NCBI GenBank assembly: GCA_977017645.1
Contig: OZ360231.1
Span: forward strand, 868,001-932,000
Reading direction: 5' to 3'
Source: Torpedo marmorata
Lineage: Eukaryota
DNA length: 64,000 bases
This document shows positions 35,001 through 48,486 of this stretch, in pieces. The notes beneath the pieces are model-generated. The model was not told the origin of the DNA, made no database searches, and saw only the letters and a program-made list of their open reading frames with translations. How positions within the stretch are numbered: position 1 is the stretch's first letter; the number at the start of each line of letters is the position of its first letter. A program made the translations under genes and the position numbers.

Positions 35001-36930
35001 GAATTCAATATCTTTTTCAATCAATTTCTTACGAAATCCCTTCGAAATTCTTTAAGGATTTAAATTTAATTATTAGGAAGATTTTGTGGAAAGGAAAGTT
35101 GGCTAGAGTAGATATGGAGAAGTTAACTTGGAATTATGAAATGGGTGGTTTGCAACTTCCTAATTTTCAAAATTATTATAAAGCAGCTCAATTAAAATTT
35201 GTTAATGAAATGTTTGATTTAGGTAAATCTTCTGCTTGGATTAGAATAGAACTAAATAATATAGGAGAAGATTTGAAAGAAGAAGTTATTTATAAATGGA
35301 ATTCTAAATTATTATTAACAAAAGGGAAGAATTCTCCTATTTTTAAACATTTGTTAGAAATATGGAATAGAGTGGATAGGGAGATAGGAGGGAAAGGGTC
35401 GATTTCTCGAAAAATGCCTTTATATCAAAATAAACATTCCATTTACTGTTGATAATCAATTATTTAAAATTTGGTTCCAAAAGGGAATTAAGAAAATAAA
35501 TGATTGTTTTGAAGCTGGTAAATTTATTACTTTTCAAAGAATGAAAGATAAGTTTAATGTATTGAACAATACACATTTTGCTTATTATCAAATTAGAGCA
35601 TTTTTAGTTGGGAAGTTAGGTTATAGTTTGACTTTACCAAGACAGAGTGAACTAGAATTATTAGTTATTAATGGAGGTGTAAATAAATTTATTTCTCAAA
35701 TGTATAGATTGTTTTAGAGGAAAATTCCTAAAGTAGGAATTCATAAATCAAGATTAAAATGGGAATCGGATTTGAATGTAACAATAGATGAAGAACATTG
35801 GAAAGAATTATGTAAACTAAGTATGACGAAGATTATTAACGTTAGATATAGATTAGTCCAATATAATTTCTTTCATCAATTGTATTTAACGCCTAAACAT
35901 TAAAGAAATTTAATCCGACATTATCAGGTTTATGTTTTAGATGTAATAGAGAAGAAGGTTCTTTTGTACATTCTACATGGTTTTGTCCAAAGATATATGA
36001 TTTTTGGTTGAAAGTTTAAAAAAAATTAGATAAAGTATTGAGTATTACACTTCCAATGGACCCTATGATAATTTTGTTTGGAGATATTAAAAGAATTAGT
36101 ATTAAGATTAAATTAAATATGTATCAAATAGAATTTTTGCGAATTGCTTTAGCTGTTTCTAAGAAATGCATTGCTATTACTTGGAAATCTGATGTAGATT
36201 TAGGGTTAGAAAGATGGCATGCAGAACTTCGTTTATGTATACCACTTGAAAAAATTACTTATAATTTACGTAATAAATACCATTTCTTTTTGAAAATATG
36301 GAGCCCATATATAAAAACTGTTGATTTAAGGATGTGAAGATCTCTGGATATCAGATCTGACTGGCAAACCTATCTTCCACAATAAAATTAGTTTATAGTT
36401 CTTTTTTAGATTGACATTCTCCTTATTCTATCTTTTTCTTTCTTTCTTTCTTTTTATTTTAGTAGATTAGTAGGAGCAGGAGGTCTAGGGAGGGGAGGGA
36501 GGGGGGGTGAAAATGTATCACATGTATTTTGATAATTTTATATTTTATTTTATGTATTTTGTGATTTTAAAATTTTAAATAAAATATTTTTAAAAAATTA
36601 ATTTAAATAAAATTCTTTAAAGGAATCATTTATTTCTCGAGGTTTATATGTTATTTTCTTTGAATTCTTTTTTATGGAATTTATAGTTCTAGAAGTTTGT
36701 TCTTTCTTTAATTGCCACGCCAACACTTTATGCACTCTTTCTCCCAATTCATACTATCTTTGCTTAGTTCTTTCAATTAATTTTTCTATTTTATATGTTT
36801 GTAACGTATTATAATGCAATTTTTTTCCAATTAAGTTTTTCCTCTTTTCTTCTGATCTCTTTTTTTGCAAATCCTTCTCCAAAAATTCAATCTCCCTCTC
36901 CAAATTATCCACTTCCCGAACATATTCCTT
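32088..36930 (-). mobile_element. 5'-truncated L1-clade LINE interrupted by a same-family L1
   Basis: ORF2 fragments on minus at 32375-34900 resume at 36615-36930. TSD CTACCATATTGCTTCT (32072-32087) / CTACCATTTTGCTTCT (36931-36946). Confidence 0.92.
34914..36599 (+). mobile_element. 5'-truncated L1 nested in opposite orientation inside the previous L1
   Basis: ORF2 C-terminal fragments on plus, 3'UTR and A tail. TSD AATTTAAATAAAATT at 34899-34913 and 36600-36614. Confidence 0.92.
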
Positions 36931-38867
36931 CTACCATTTTGCTTCTGAAGAAAAAGGCAGTAACTCGAAAGTTTGGGACTCTGTACCATCTTCGAGGTGA
37001 ATGGGGAAGAGCCCGTGGTGATGTTCAATTCCTTGTCCTGGATAACATTTACGCTCAACCAACATAACTTAAAATTTATCACTTTGTTGTTGAAGTTTGC
37101 AAAATTGGCTTCAGTAGTTCTTATTTTACAAGATTGATTACAATGTATTCAATCATTGTAAAGAGCCAGAGGTGGTTCTGAGATTGCAATAAGTGCAGTA
37201 TGTACAGTGTTTGATTTTTTTTCTTTCTCCTCACATCCATTCCCAAATCTGTCTATGTGATTGTTACAATTCATTTCTGCACAGCAATCCAGCTGATATG
37301 ATTTGTAGAGGACCACTTCTCAATGGTGACCCATTGACCTCAGTTGAACAGTTAATTTGAAAAGTGCATCTGCTGAAAAATTCTCACAGTGCTATACATT
37401 GACAACCACAATCAACACTTCACTGGACAGAACTTCGTAAAATGCAAACTGGTATTCCTTGCAAAACCTCAAAATAAGTTTCTAAAAATACCTGTAAAGG
37501 GCCAGGCCGTTATTCTGTTGCCACATTCTTCTCGGTGAAGGAATAAAAGTTCCCTGCACTCTGAGGTTCCTTTACATGGCTGCTGATCAGTTCTTTTTGA
37601 TCTGAAGGTGAGACGACATTCTAACAATCCAACAATTTATGTTGAATTAGCAATCTCTTAGAAGGACACAGATGTGACAAGAGTGTGAAATTTAAAAAAT
37701 CTGCTGCAATTTAGGTGTGCTTTCTTGAGCTGATGGCAAATTGTGATTTGAGGTTTAACCTCAGACCGTATTTGTTCTGTGCTAAGAGCATAAGAAATTG
37801 AAGCAGGAGTTAGTTATTCATCCCCTTGATTCTGACCAACTGTTTGGTTCGAGCATGGGTGCATCTATCTCAGTGCCACTTTACTCCACTCTCCCTTGTT
37901 CTTTCATTTGCTTCATATCTAAGAATCTGCTGATCTACAACAAAGTCAGAGGCTGAGCCTCCCAAGCTAGGTCTCAATAAAGGCTCCCAACCCGAAACAT
38001 TGACTGACCATTTCTATCCATGGATGCTGCATGACCCTCTGAATCTCTCCAGCTTCTCATTGTTTGCTCAGAGCATGTCAAAGATTCACTACTCTCTGGA
38101 CAAAGGAATTTATTTTCCTCTGTCCAGAATGTCTAGTCCTTTGTTTTGAAATAATGTTCAGCTTCTTGATACCACAGCCAGGGATAATACAAACTCCACA
38201 TCCACCATGTCAAACCCTTTAAGAATTTTGCACACTTCAATGAAACTTCATTTTGTTCTTCTGAACTCCAAAGAGTATCGGTTATATTTATCTTAGAGTG
38301 TCAGATGCCCAAATTTTGCTTCTCCCCACACTTGACAATCAAAAAGAAAATTGCTGGCAATGAAGAAGGAAAGGGGAGAAACTATTTGATCCAATTTTTT
38401 TTCCCTATAATTCATAACAAAATCTGGAATTTGTCGAAAGGACCATTGTTAACGCATTGGGTTTAGTCAGGAAATGATAATGGGAGTACACATCCAAACC
38501 CCATACAGCATTAATTTTACATTTGCATAAACCTATCATCAATCACTGGAGTGGATGCTGAGGTCAGTTTTTATAATCCCAGCCGAGGTACACCAGCTTT
38601 CTACAAACTAAGACTCAACTTTCCTTATGGACTCTTGCTAGAAGAAGCATTTGGCAACTGAGTAAAAGTGTAAATGTTTGTCCAATATTAGCATTTGCTT
38701 TTATTGAAACTGAACCTAAAGAAGACATTGTTGGATGTTCTACAAGTTCATATTTGTGCACTAATCTGTTATTCATATCTCTTAGAACAATCTAAGAATA
38801 ATGCCTGCAGGTTAAATATTGACAAGTAATTCTGTTCTTCACACAGGAGGGAATGAATGAATGAAGT

Positions 38868-38940
38868 GAAACATGAAAGTCTGCAAACGCTGTGATTGTA
38901 GTAAAAACATAGAAATGCTGGAGGAACTCGAGCACTGAAC
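38868..38940 (-). mobile_element. ~70-bp PLE terminal stub (tail plus start of arm)
   Basis: GAAACATGAAAGTCTGCAAACGCTGTGATTGTAGTAAAAACATAGAAATGCTGGAGGAACTC is homologous to 23609-23670. It is flanked by TGAATGAATGAAGT at 38854-38867 and 38941-38954. Confidence 0.7.
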
Positions 38941-40660
38941 TGAATGAATGAAGTTTATTGTCATATACAAAAGTGCAATGTACACATGCAATGAAGGTCT
39001 TACTTGCTGCAGTTTTCCATAAAATACACAACACATAAGAAGAGGAAAAGAAGTTAATCAGAGTTGGCAATAAAACGTAGTGTATAAATTTGTGCTGAGT
39101 CACTAGTGCAGACAGATCTTTGGTGGTCTTGAAGTAGTGTTGTGAAGAAGGTAGTGCAGGGAGGTTCAAGACCTGATAGCTTTTGGAAATAAAAACTGTT
39201 CTTGAACCCAGAGGTGCCAGACTTCAGTCTTCTGTAGCTTCTACCTGAAATGCAAAGAGAGATGGCCTGGGTGATGGGGATCTTTTATGATGTTGGCTGT
39301 CTTATTGAAGCAGCACCTCATATAGAAGTCTTCAATGTTGGGAGATCGGTGACTGCAATGGCGTTGGCTATGTTTGCTCCTTTTTGCAGCTTTCTACGTT
39401 CTTAGTTATTCAAGATGCAAACCAGCCCATAATGCAACCTATACTTTCCACAGTACACCCGTAGAAGTTCGATAGAATATTTGATGACATCCTGAATCTT
39501 CTCAAACTCCTTAAAAAGTAAATCCACTGGTGTGCCTTCTTCATAGTTGCCTAAATGTACTGGCCCCAGGAGAAGTCCTCTGACCATCATAAAGCCATGC
39601 AAAAGGTAGTGGACACAGCCCAGAACATCACAAGTAAAACCCTCCCCACCATCGAGAACATCTACGGGGAACGCTGCCATCGGAGAGCAGCAGCAATCAT
39701 CAAGAATCCACACCACCCAGCTCACGCTCTGTTCTTGCTGCTACCATCAGGAAAGAGGTATAGGTGCCACAAGACTCGCACCACCAGGTTCAGGAACAGC
39801 TCCTACCCCTCCACCATCAGACTCCTCAACAACAAACTCAATCAGGGACACATTTAAGGACTCTTAGTTTTGCACTTTATTGTTTTTTTTCCTCTGTATT
39901 GCACCGTCAGTTGTTTACATTTCTTTATTTGTTTACATCTGTACATTGTGTACAGTTTTTTTTGCACTACTAATAAGTGATAATTCTGCCTTTCTCGCAG
40001 GAAAAAAAATCTCATGGTTGTATGTGATGTCATGTATGTACTCTCACAATAAATCTGAAATCTGAATCTGGTATGTGAATACCCAGGAATTTTTAGGTAC
40101 TAACCCTCTCCACTGCCTTCCCATCAATCAATACAGTTGATCCCTTGGCTTCCCCTTCCTGAGTCTACAATCAACTCCTTGATCTTGTTGACTTTGAGCG
40201 CAAGATTATTGTTCTAGCACTACGCAACCAGAGTCTATGTTCATTCTCCATTCGGACTTGTCAATGCCCGTTATTCAGGCAATAACAGTGGTGTTGTCGC
40301 CGAACTTGGCTACACTGCCTGGATATTGAGGGAATTTAGCAGGGGATTAAGCAGGCAGCCTTGTGCTACCCCTGAGTTGATGGTCAGCAAGGAGGAGGTG
40401 ATGTTAGCAATCCACACTGTTTGGCGTATGCTGATGAGGAAGTCAAGGATCTAGTTGCAAAGTGAAGAACAGTCCCAGATCCCCGAGTTTGTTTATCAAT
40501 TTAGATGGTATGATGCTGTTAAAACACCAAGCTATAGTCAAGGAACAATAGCGTCAGCTGATCTGTTAAGGTGCAGGGTCACTCTTACAGTAATATGGCA
40601 GCTGCTTCATTTTAATCCATCCTGCTAAGTGAACCAAACATAAATGGAGGGTCAAGGTGT
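38941..40660 (-). mobile_element. Old Rex1-like LINE with a younger Rex1-like 3' fragment (39590-40070, plus) inserted
   Basis: The insert encodes HHPAHALFLLLPSGKRYRCHKTRTTRFRNS and ends AATAAATCTGAAATCTGAATCTG. The flanks are decayed Rex1 RT on minus. Confidence 0.75.
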
Positions 40661-41533
40661 TGGACTTGTATTATAATTACCACAGGTATGAATCAGAGTT
40701 TTGAACAGAGGGAGTTCTATCTTCCATCATGGCTACAATTACTTCATTCCATTTCTTATCTACACCCTGTTTTTCTTAATGGCTGCCTACTGTTTCCCCT
40801 CCCCCGTCACCATCATCTGTGCGCTGTAATGTCAGATCAGATTTGACACAGTACTGCACAGACTGACGTCAAATGCTCAAACCTAATTCTGTGACTTGCA
40901 ATTGTACCAGACTGAATTAACTTGTTCAGTGCTGGATTAAACCAGCTGCAGATTAAAATCAAGTAGCTTCATACTGCAATAAAAACAAACAGTGCAAATT
41001 GAGAGAAATGGCTCCTTCTGAATCACTTACTGCACTGAGAGTTTGTTTCTGTGCCCTAGCTCTCCTGCTGAGGTATCAGTCCATAGGTTCCAGATTACCC
41101 ACATGGCCATTCTTCGAGTGTGAAGCATGGCAGAGGAAGCAGTCAATTCAACAGAAGTCAAATCCACTTTTATTCAGGGTGCACGTATATCCATTCACTG
41201 GAAAATGAACAGCATTGGGAACAATAAATTAGAACTTTCAACTTTGACATCCACATCCCGACACCAAAGGCACTGTGGCAGTCATAGAGTGTTCCCATTT
41301 GTTCAAGGGCGATGGATGTCCCTAGCAAAAGGCCAGCATTTATTCTCCATCCCCAACTGACAACAAACTGACTGACTGGCTGGATCATCCAAAGGCGCAA
41401 GGGGTTAGGAGGTTAATTGGTCACATGGGTGTATTTGGGCATCGTGGGCTCGTACTTTGGAAAGGCCTGTTACTGTGATTAAGATAAGAACTCAGAAGGC
41501 ATTGCTGGGATGGGAGACACACAGTGACCACTT

Positions 41534-42880
41534 AAGTTCAGATTTATTGTCAGAGTACATACATGACATCATATACAACCCTGAGATTATTGTTCCTGTG
41601 GGCAAGACAGAACTTTGACTTATCGGTAGTGCAAAAAACTGTACTCTAGAAAAATGTAAACAAAGAAAGAAATGTAAACAAACTGACTGTAAATACAGAA
41701 AAAAATATATTCAGTAATAAATAATGTGCAAAGTCCTTAGATGAGTCTTTGATTGAGTCTGCTGTTTAGGAGTCTGATGGTGGAGGAATAGCAGCTGTTC
41801 CTGAACCTGGTGGTACGAGTCTTGTGGCACCTATACCTCTTTCCTGATGGCAGCAGCGAGAACAGAGCATGTCCTGGGTGGTGTGAATGCTTGATGATTG
41901 CTGCTGCTCTCTGATGGCAGTGTTCCACATAGATTTTCTCAATGGTAGGGAGAGTTTTGCCTGTGATGTACTGGCTGTGTCGACTGCCTTTTTCAGGGCT
42001 TTCTGCTCAGAGGCATTGGTAACCCCATGCCAGGCTGTGATGCAGCCAGTCAGCACACTTTCCACTACACATCTGTAGAAGTTTGCCAAGGTTTTCAATG
42101 CCATCCCAAACCTCCACAAACTCCTGAGGAAGTAAAGGCGCTGACATGCTTTCTTCACGATGACATTCGTGTGTTGGGTCCAGGAAAGGTCCTCTGAGAT
42201 GGTGACTCCCAGATATTTAAATATGCTCACCCTCTGCACCTCTGATTCCCCCAATGATCACTGGATTGTACACCTCTGGTTTTCCCTTCCTAAAGTCCAC
42301 AATCAGCTCGTTGGTTTTGGTAACATTGAGTGAAAGGTTGTTGTTAGTGCAGCATTCAGCCAAGTTTTTATTCTCCCTCCTGTATGCTGACTCATCGCCC
42401 CTTTTTATACAACCCACTATTGTGGTATCATTAACAAATTTATAAATTGTGTTGTTGTACTAAGCCATGCAGTTGTAGGTGTAAAGTGAGTAGGGGGCTA
42501 GGTATGCAGCCCTGTGGTGCTCCGGTGCTGACAGAGATTGTGGAGGAGATGTTCTTACCAATCTGCATTGATTGGGATCTGGAGGTGAGGAAATCCAGGA
42601 TACACAGTGGGCTATTGAGGCCCAGGACTTGGAGTCTGCTGATCAGTTTTGAGGGGATGATGGTGTTGAATGCCGAATTGTAGTCAATAAGGAACATCCT
42701 GATGTATGCATCTTTTCTATCCAGATGTTCCAGGGTTGTGTGGAGCCAGTGAGATGGCATCTGCCGTAGACCTGTTGCTGTTGTAGGCAAATTGAAATGC
42801 ATCCAAGTTAACACTCAGACAGGAGCTGATATGCTTCAGCACCAGCCTTTCAAAACACTTCATCACTGTGGAGGTAAAGT
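41534..42880 (-). mobile_element. Rex1/Babar-like LINE, 5'-truncated
   Basis: [37 protein letters not shown]. Tail AATAAATCTGAA. Confidence 0.88.
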
Positions 42881-42919
42881 TCCCCCTCATGAAGGACATT
42901 CTAACTCCAACACGTCAGG

Positions 42920-43240
42920 AAGTCATATAGACCCAGAAACAGGCCCTTTGACCCACTGAGTCAGTGCCATCATCAAGCATTCATTTACACTCACCCTACA
43001 CTAATCCCTCTCTATTCTCCACATGTTTCCATCAGACTATCACCTACCTGGGGGCAACAGTGGCTAATTAACCTACCAACCCACAGTGAGATGTGGGAAG
43101 AAATCAGAGTATCCCAGGAAACCCATGCAGTCACAGTGGGTATGTGCAAGCTCCACACCGAGAGAACCTGAGGTCAGGATTGTACCTGGGTTGTTGGAGC
43201 CGTGTGGCAGCATCTCTACAAGTTGCCCCACTGTGACACC
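42920..43240 (-). mobile_element. Degenerate HE1-like V-SINE
   Basis: Reverse complement of the V-domain (GTGGGAAGAAATCAGAGTATCCCAGGAAACCCATGCAGTCACAG) and of the CR1-like tail (CAGGCCCTTTGACCCACTGAG). Confidence 0.65.
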
Positions 43241-43879
43241 CATATTTGGGCTCAGGCCCTGCCATGACTACTGTGAAAATCATCCCTAGTTGCTGGTTCC
43301 AAATGGACACTGTTGTAACGTCACTAGATTGCAGTTAATTTCCAACTTCATTGCATGCATTTCACAGGCTGACCAAATGCACATTTAACATAACCAACCA
43401 GGTTTGAATGTCAAAGTACATCTGTTCTATCTCATTCATAACACTTATTTTGTTGGTGTAATTCTTTACCCCTTTTTCCAAAAGTAGATTGAATCAGTTC
43501 TGCGCCAACCTTAGGCTTGGAAGTAAAGTAGATCATTTGCCAAAGAACAACGGGATCCCAAGCAGACAGTCTTGGAAACTGCAGGCACACAGGAGACTGC
43601 AGATCTGCAGATGCTGGAATCTGAAGCCAAACATATTCTGCTGGAGGGACTCAGCAGATCGAGCACCATCAGTGGGAGAAAAAGAATGGTCGACATTTCT
43701 GGCCGAAATCCTTCAAGTCTTGAAGCTCAGGGGAGAACTAATGGGGCAACATGCAATTATGTGGAACCTTTCATTCCAAACAACTTCATTGTTAAACTTT
43801 GAAATGTAGTCACAGACCTGAAGATCCAAATGGTTGCCTCTTGTTCTGTAATAGCTCTAATTCAGTGTCCATCCTCCCA

Positions 43880-44100
43880 TTAACAGCAATGAAATGAATG
43901 ACCAGATCATGGTTTTTTAGATGTTAGATGAGAACCCTGGGAACTTTTGAAAAACAGTTCCTCTGAGAGTGTAACACTCTCTCGGTACTGCATGGAAGTG
44001 CCAACATATATGTTCAAACCCTTGATGTGGGGCTTGAACCCACAACATCCTGGTTGCGTGCCAAGGGTGCTCTGTGTACCAAATTGAGGTTGACATCCAG
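43880..44100 (-). mobile_element. Degenerate Deu/AmnSINE-like SINE 5' part
   Basis: Reverse tRNA-like head GGGCTTGAACCCACAAC...GTGCTCTGTGTACC and CTCGGTACTGCA core. Confidence 0.55.
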
Positions 44101-44714
44101 AAATGCAGCTGATGTCAACCTCACGAGCTGGACGTGCTCCAATGTTGCCTCCAGGAGGAGAGATCACCGTGGAAATGTAAGTGAACCTCCATCTATTCCA
44201 CATGTCTGACTCCACATCAGTAATTTTTCTGTCAGTGAACTCCATTATTTAGGTAGCAAACAGTGGCAGAAGTCTGTGGAAGACTTGGCAGTAGGTGTTG
44301 AGAAAGTTTCAGTACAAAAAAATTCATGCCACTGGGGATGGTAATTTTTACAGCAGTTTTATTTATTTAGTATGACTTCATCATTTATAGGTTGTTTAAA
44401 GGTCAGACAATTGAATCGCTGAAGTGTTCAGTACAAGATGTAACAGGTGTGGTCAATCTGGAAAAGATTTGGTATTGAAGGAACAAGCAACAGAAATAAG
44501 CTCTGTAAATCTGCAGAAACTCTCATAAAATCAGTGGAATGCTACTTAAAATAGCTTGTCTGGGATTTTTTTCCTGATCATCACAGACGAGAGCAAAAAG
44601 TCTAAAATACTTCTTTTAATGACCCCAAATAAGCTTTTAGTTGGAACGCTGAGGGAGGTTTCTATTGGATAATGGATGTTGTGCAGACACTTTTGAATGC
44701 TGCCTAGGTCACAG

Positions 44715-45195
44715 TGTCAACAATGACTCAGTTGGTAGCACTTTTGCTTTCAGCGGGATGCCTGGGAATTCAAGTCCTGATGAAGAGAATGGAGCACAGG
44801 TTTGCTCAGAGAAAACAGAATTTCCCAAGGGAGTGCTGTATTATTGGAGGTTTTATCTTTCAGATGAAGCATTAATTTGATGTGCTATTGCTTGACTTCT
44901 CTGTGGGACAGCTCCCAAAATTAGCAATGTCACAAAGTACCAATGAAGAGGTGCCATGGCATAACACCAAAAAGGGCAGCAGGCTGTCCCTGGTGCCCTG
45001 GTCAACATTCCTTCCTCAACCAACATTCTTTTAAATCCCTCACCTGATCCACTTTGCTCTTGATAGGAATTTGCTGTGGACAAATTTACTGCTGCATTTC
45101 CTTTATTATCTCCACTCCAGAAGTATTCCATTAACTGTAAAGTTCTTTGGCATTTCTGCGGGACTGAAGTAGCAGAAGGTTAATAAACTATTCTT
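44715..45195 (+). mobile_element. Degenerate Deu-domain SINE (SacSINE1-like)
   Basis: TGACTCAGTTGGTAGCAC head, TTCAAGTCC B box, GGAGTGCTG...CTTTCAGATGA core, TTGCTGTGGACAAATTTACTGCTGCATTTCC Deu core. Confidence 0.6.
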
Positions 45196-45287
45196 TCAAC
45201 TCTGATACTTAAATGCATAACTTTCCACAGCTGACTTTAAGTATTCTGCATTAAATAGAGAGAGAAAAACCTTGCATTCATATATAC

Positions 45288-46950
45288 AGATTTCAGATTT
45301 ATTGTCACAGTACATACATGACATCACATTCAACCCTGAGATTCTTTTTCCTGTGGGCGAGGTAGAATTACCACTTATTGGTAGTGCAAAAGAAACTGCA
45401 CACAATGTACACATGTAAACAAATAAACAAATGTAAACAAACTGTGCAATACAGAGAGGAAAAAATATCAATAAAGTGCGAAAGTAAGAGTCCTTAAATG
45501 AGTCCCTGATTGAGTTTGTTCTTGACGGCAGCGTTCCCTGTAGTTATTCTCGATAGTGGGGAGGCCTGTGATGTCTTGGGCTGTGTCCACTACCTTTTTG
45601 GAGGGCTTTACGCTCAGGGGTATTGGTGTCCCCATTCCAGACCATGATGCAGCCGGTCAGCACACTTTCCACCACACCTCTGTAGAAATTTGCCAGGGTT
45701 TCTGGTATCATACCAAAACTCCGCAAACTCCTAAGGAAGTAGAGGCGCTGACGTGCTTTCTTCACGATGCCATTAATGTGTTGGGTCCAGGAAAGGTCCT
45801 CCAAGATAGTGACTCCCAGGAACTTAAATTTGCTCACCCTCTCCACCTCTGATCCCCCAATTATCACTGGATTGTATACCTCTGGCTTTCCTTTCCTGAA
45901 GTCAACAATCAGCTCCTTAGTTTTGATGACATTGAGTGCAAGGTTGTTGTTGGTGCACCATTCAGCGAAGGTTTCAATCTCCCTCCTGTATGCTGATTCA
46001 TCACCTTTCTTTATACAACCCACTACCGTGATATCATCGGCAAATTTGTAGATGGTGTTATTGTCATACCGAGCTACACAGTCGTAGGTGTAAAGCGAAT
46101 AGAGCAGGGGGCTAAGTACGCAGCCCTGTGGTGCTCCGGTACTGATGGAGATTGTGGAGGAGATGTTCTTATCAATCCTCACTGATTGTGGTTTGGAGGT
46201 GTGGAAATCCATGATCTAATTACACAGTGGGGTGTTGAGTCCCAGATCTTGGAGTTTGTTGGTCAGTTTTGAGGGGATGATGGTGTTAAATGCCGAACTG
46301 TAGTTGATAAAGAGCATCCTGATGTATGCATCTTTACTGTCCAGGTGTTCCAGGGCTTTGTGTAGAGCCAATGAGATGGCAACCGCTGTAGACCTGTTGC
46401 TACAATAGGCGAACTGGAACGTTTCCATGTCACCACTCAGACAGGAGCTGATATGCTTCATCACCAGCCTTTCAAAACACTTCATCACTGTTGATGTAAG
46501 TGCTACTGGTCAATAGTCATTTAGGCAGGTTAATACACTCTTGTTTGAAACAGGTGGGTACCACGCCCTGCTGGAGTGAGATATTGAAGATATCCATGAA
46601 TACATTAGTAAGTTGGTCAGCACAGATTTTTAATACTCAGCCAGGTACTCTGTCCGGGCCAGATGCTTTCCTTGGATTCACTCTCCTGAAGGCAGCACGC
46701 ACATCATCCTCAGATACGTACAGGATGGGATCATCAGGGGTTGTGGGAGTGAAGAGGCGTGGTTCTTCGCTGTTACTGTCGTCAAATCGAGCGTAGAAGG
46801 TGTTGAGTTCCTCTGGGAGCAAAGCTTTGCCGTCTGCTACTACACCGGATTTGGTTTTGTAGCAGGTTATGGCATTTAGGCCCTGCCACAGCTGTCGGGT
46901 GTCCCTTATTGTTTCCATTTTCATCCAGAATGTCCACTTCGCCCGGGAGA
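45288..46950 (-). mobile_element. Rex1/Babar-like LINE, 5'-truncated
   Basis: [52 protein letters not shown]. Tail AATAAATCTGAAATCTG. Confidence 0.9.
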
Positions 46951-48320
46951 TACCTCGGATATGTTAGCCTCAGAGCAAATACAGTGCGGATTTACCAGAA
47001 TGAGCTTGAGCTCTGATGTTAAATTAATTCCACTGGTTGGTGAGAATAGAGCTAGAAACATAAACTGGAATCTAATCTTTCATTTGATGTTAGGGAGAGC
47101 TGCAAAAACCATTGAAATTATGTAAATTATTAATTTCAATTATGGATTTATGATAACAAAAGGCATTGAGGGATATGACAGTGGGTGTGGGGAGCACGTG
47201 AAAGATCAAAGGTTTGATTCAAAGTCCATGCTGAGCTCTCTGGCTTGCTATCTGAAATAACCAGTTATTATTTTGAGCCCTATTAATATCATCATATTTC
47301 AAAGTTAAAATAGCAACAGTCATGATAGGGTGCATGATCTTCAAATTCTATTCCTTAAGAAGCATGATTTTATTGCTACCATGGATCCAAAGATTTTGTA
47401 ACAGACAATGGCATTTGACACTGCTTCCCGAAAGTAAAAGATATTGAACTATTTCCCAGAGAAAAGCGGTAACAGGAGAGGAGAGTGAGCAAAACTGGTG
47501 AAGAGTGAGAAAGAGAACCAAAGGTGAGGAGGACAAGGAGAGATGTTTTTTACTATTTCTCATGACTTTAACAGCACTGACATAGTTGTATTTATTACAC
47601 CTCCCCTGCTGCTCAGAAAAGGTGATGTTAGGCTTCCTGAACTATTGTTTTTACAGAGGACATTAAATGTGCTGCATAGTCAGGGTCTGAATTAACCTGC
47701 CAACCAGACCAAGCAAATCCCCCACCCTAAAGAGTATCACTGATGGTTTGGCAGTTTTGATCATCATTTTATTTTTTGGAACCTGTGGGGGAGTGGGGGG
47801 GTCAAACCCTGAAATAATGAGGTGTGGGAATTGCAACTGATGATTGCCTGCTCATCCCATTAAAGACAACATATAATGTGCTGCCTGCTGTTTTATATGG
47901 TTGCTGACTACAGCCAGCCCAATCCTTGCACATATCAGCAAGGGGCCTGATATCATGGATGGCTAGCATTACTCAAAGGCAGTCTGCTCCTCTTAAAGTG
48001 GAGATGCATCGTGGTTGCAAGAAATACTTTGAGTCTTTTGTGGACTAAATTGGTATTGTATTGCATTGCAGGGCGACTGAATATGCAAGAGAGCCAAGTG
48101 TAGAAAATCTTTACAACTGTATAATTGCATGAGGACCCAGAGGAAAAAAAAATCCAGCAACTAAGGTACACGTACTTCATGATCCCTTTAAGTGGGTGTC
48201 TTACTTAATGTTAGGTTCCGCTGTACCAAGCTGGGGCAGGAGCTTGCAGCTGGAATATGCCAATGAAGCCTTCAAGTACTTATCTGCATCTTAATTTCAC
48301 TGCTCTATAGGATGCAAGAC

Positions 48321-48486
48321 CTTGTAGTCATCCTCACATAAACAGTACACTTTACCAAGCCCGCACCCTGCGTTGTTCATACCTGAAATGGGCAGCATCA
48401 TCTTGTAGTCATCCTCACATAAACAGTACACTTTACCAAGCCCGCACCCTGCGTTGTTCATACCTGAAATGGGCAGCATCATCTTG
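48321..48486. repeat. Exact 81-bp tandem duplication
   Basis: CTTGTAGTCATCCTCAC...GGGCAGCATCAT starts at both 48321 and 48402. Confidence 0.9.
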
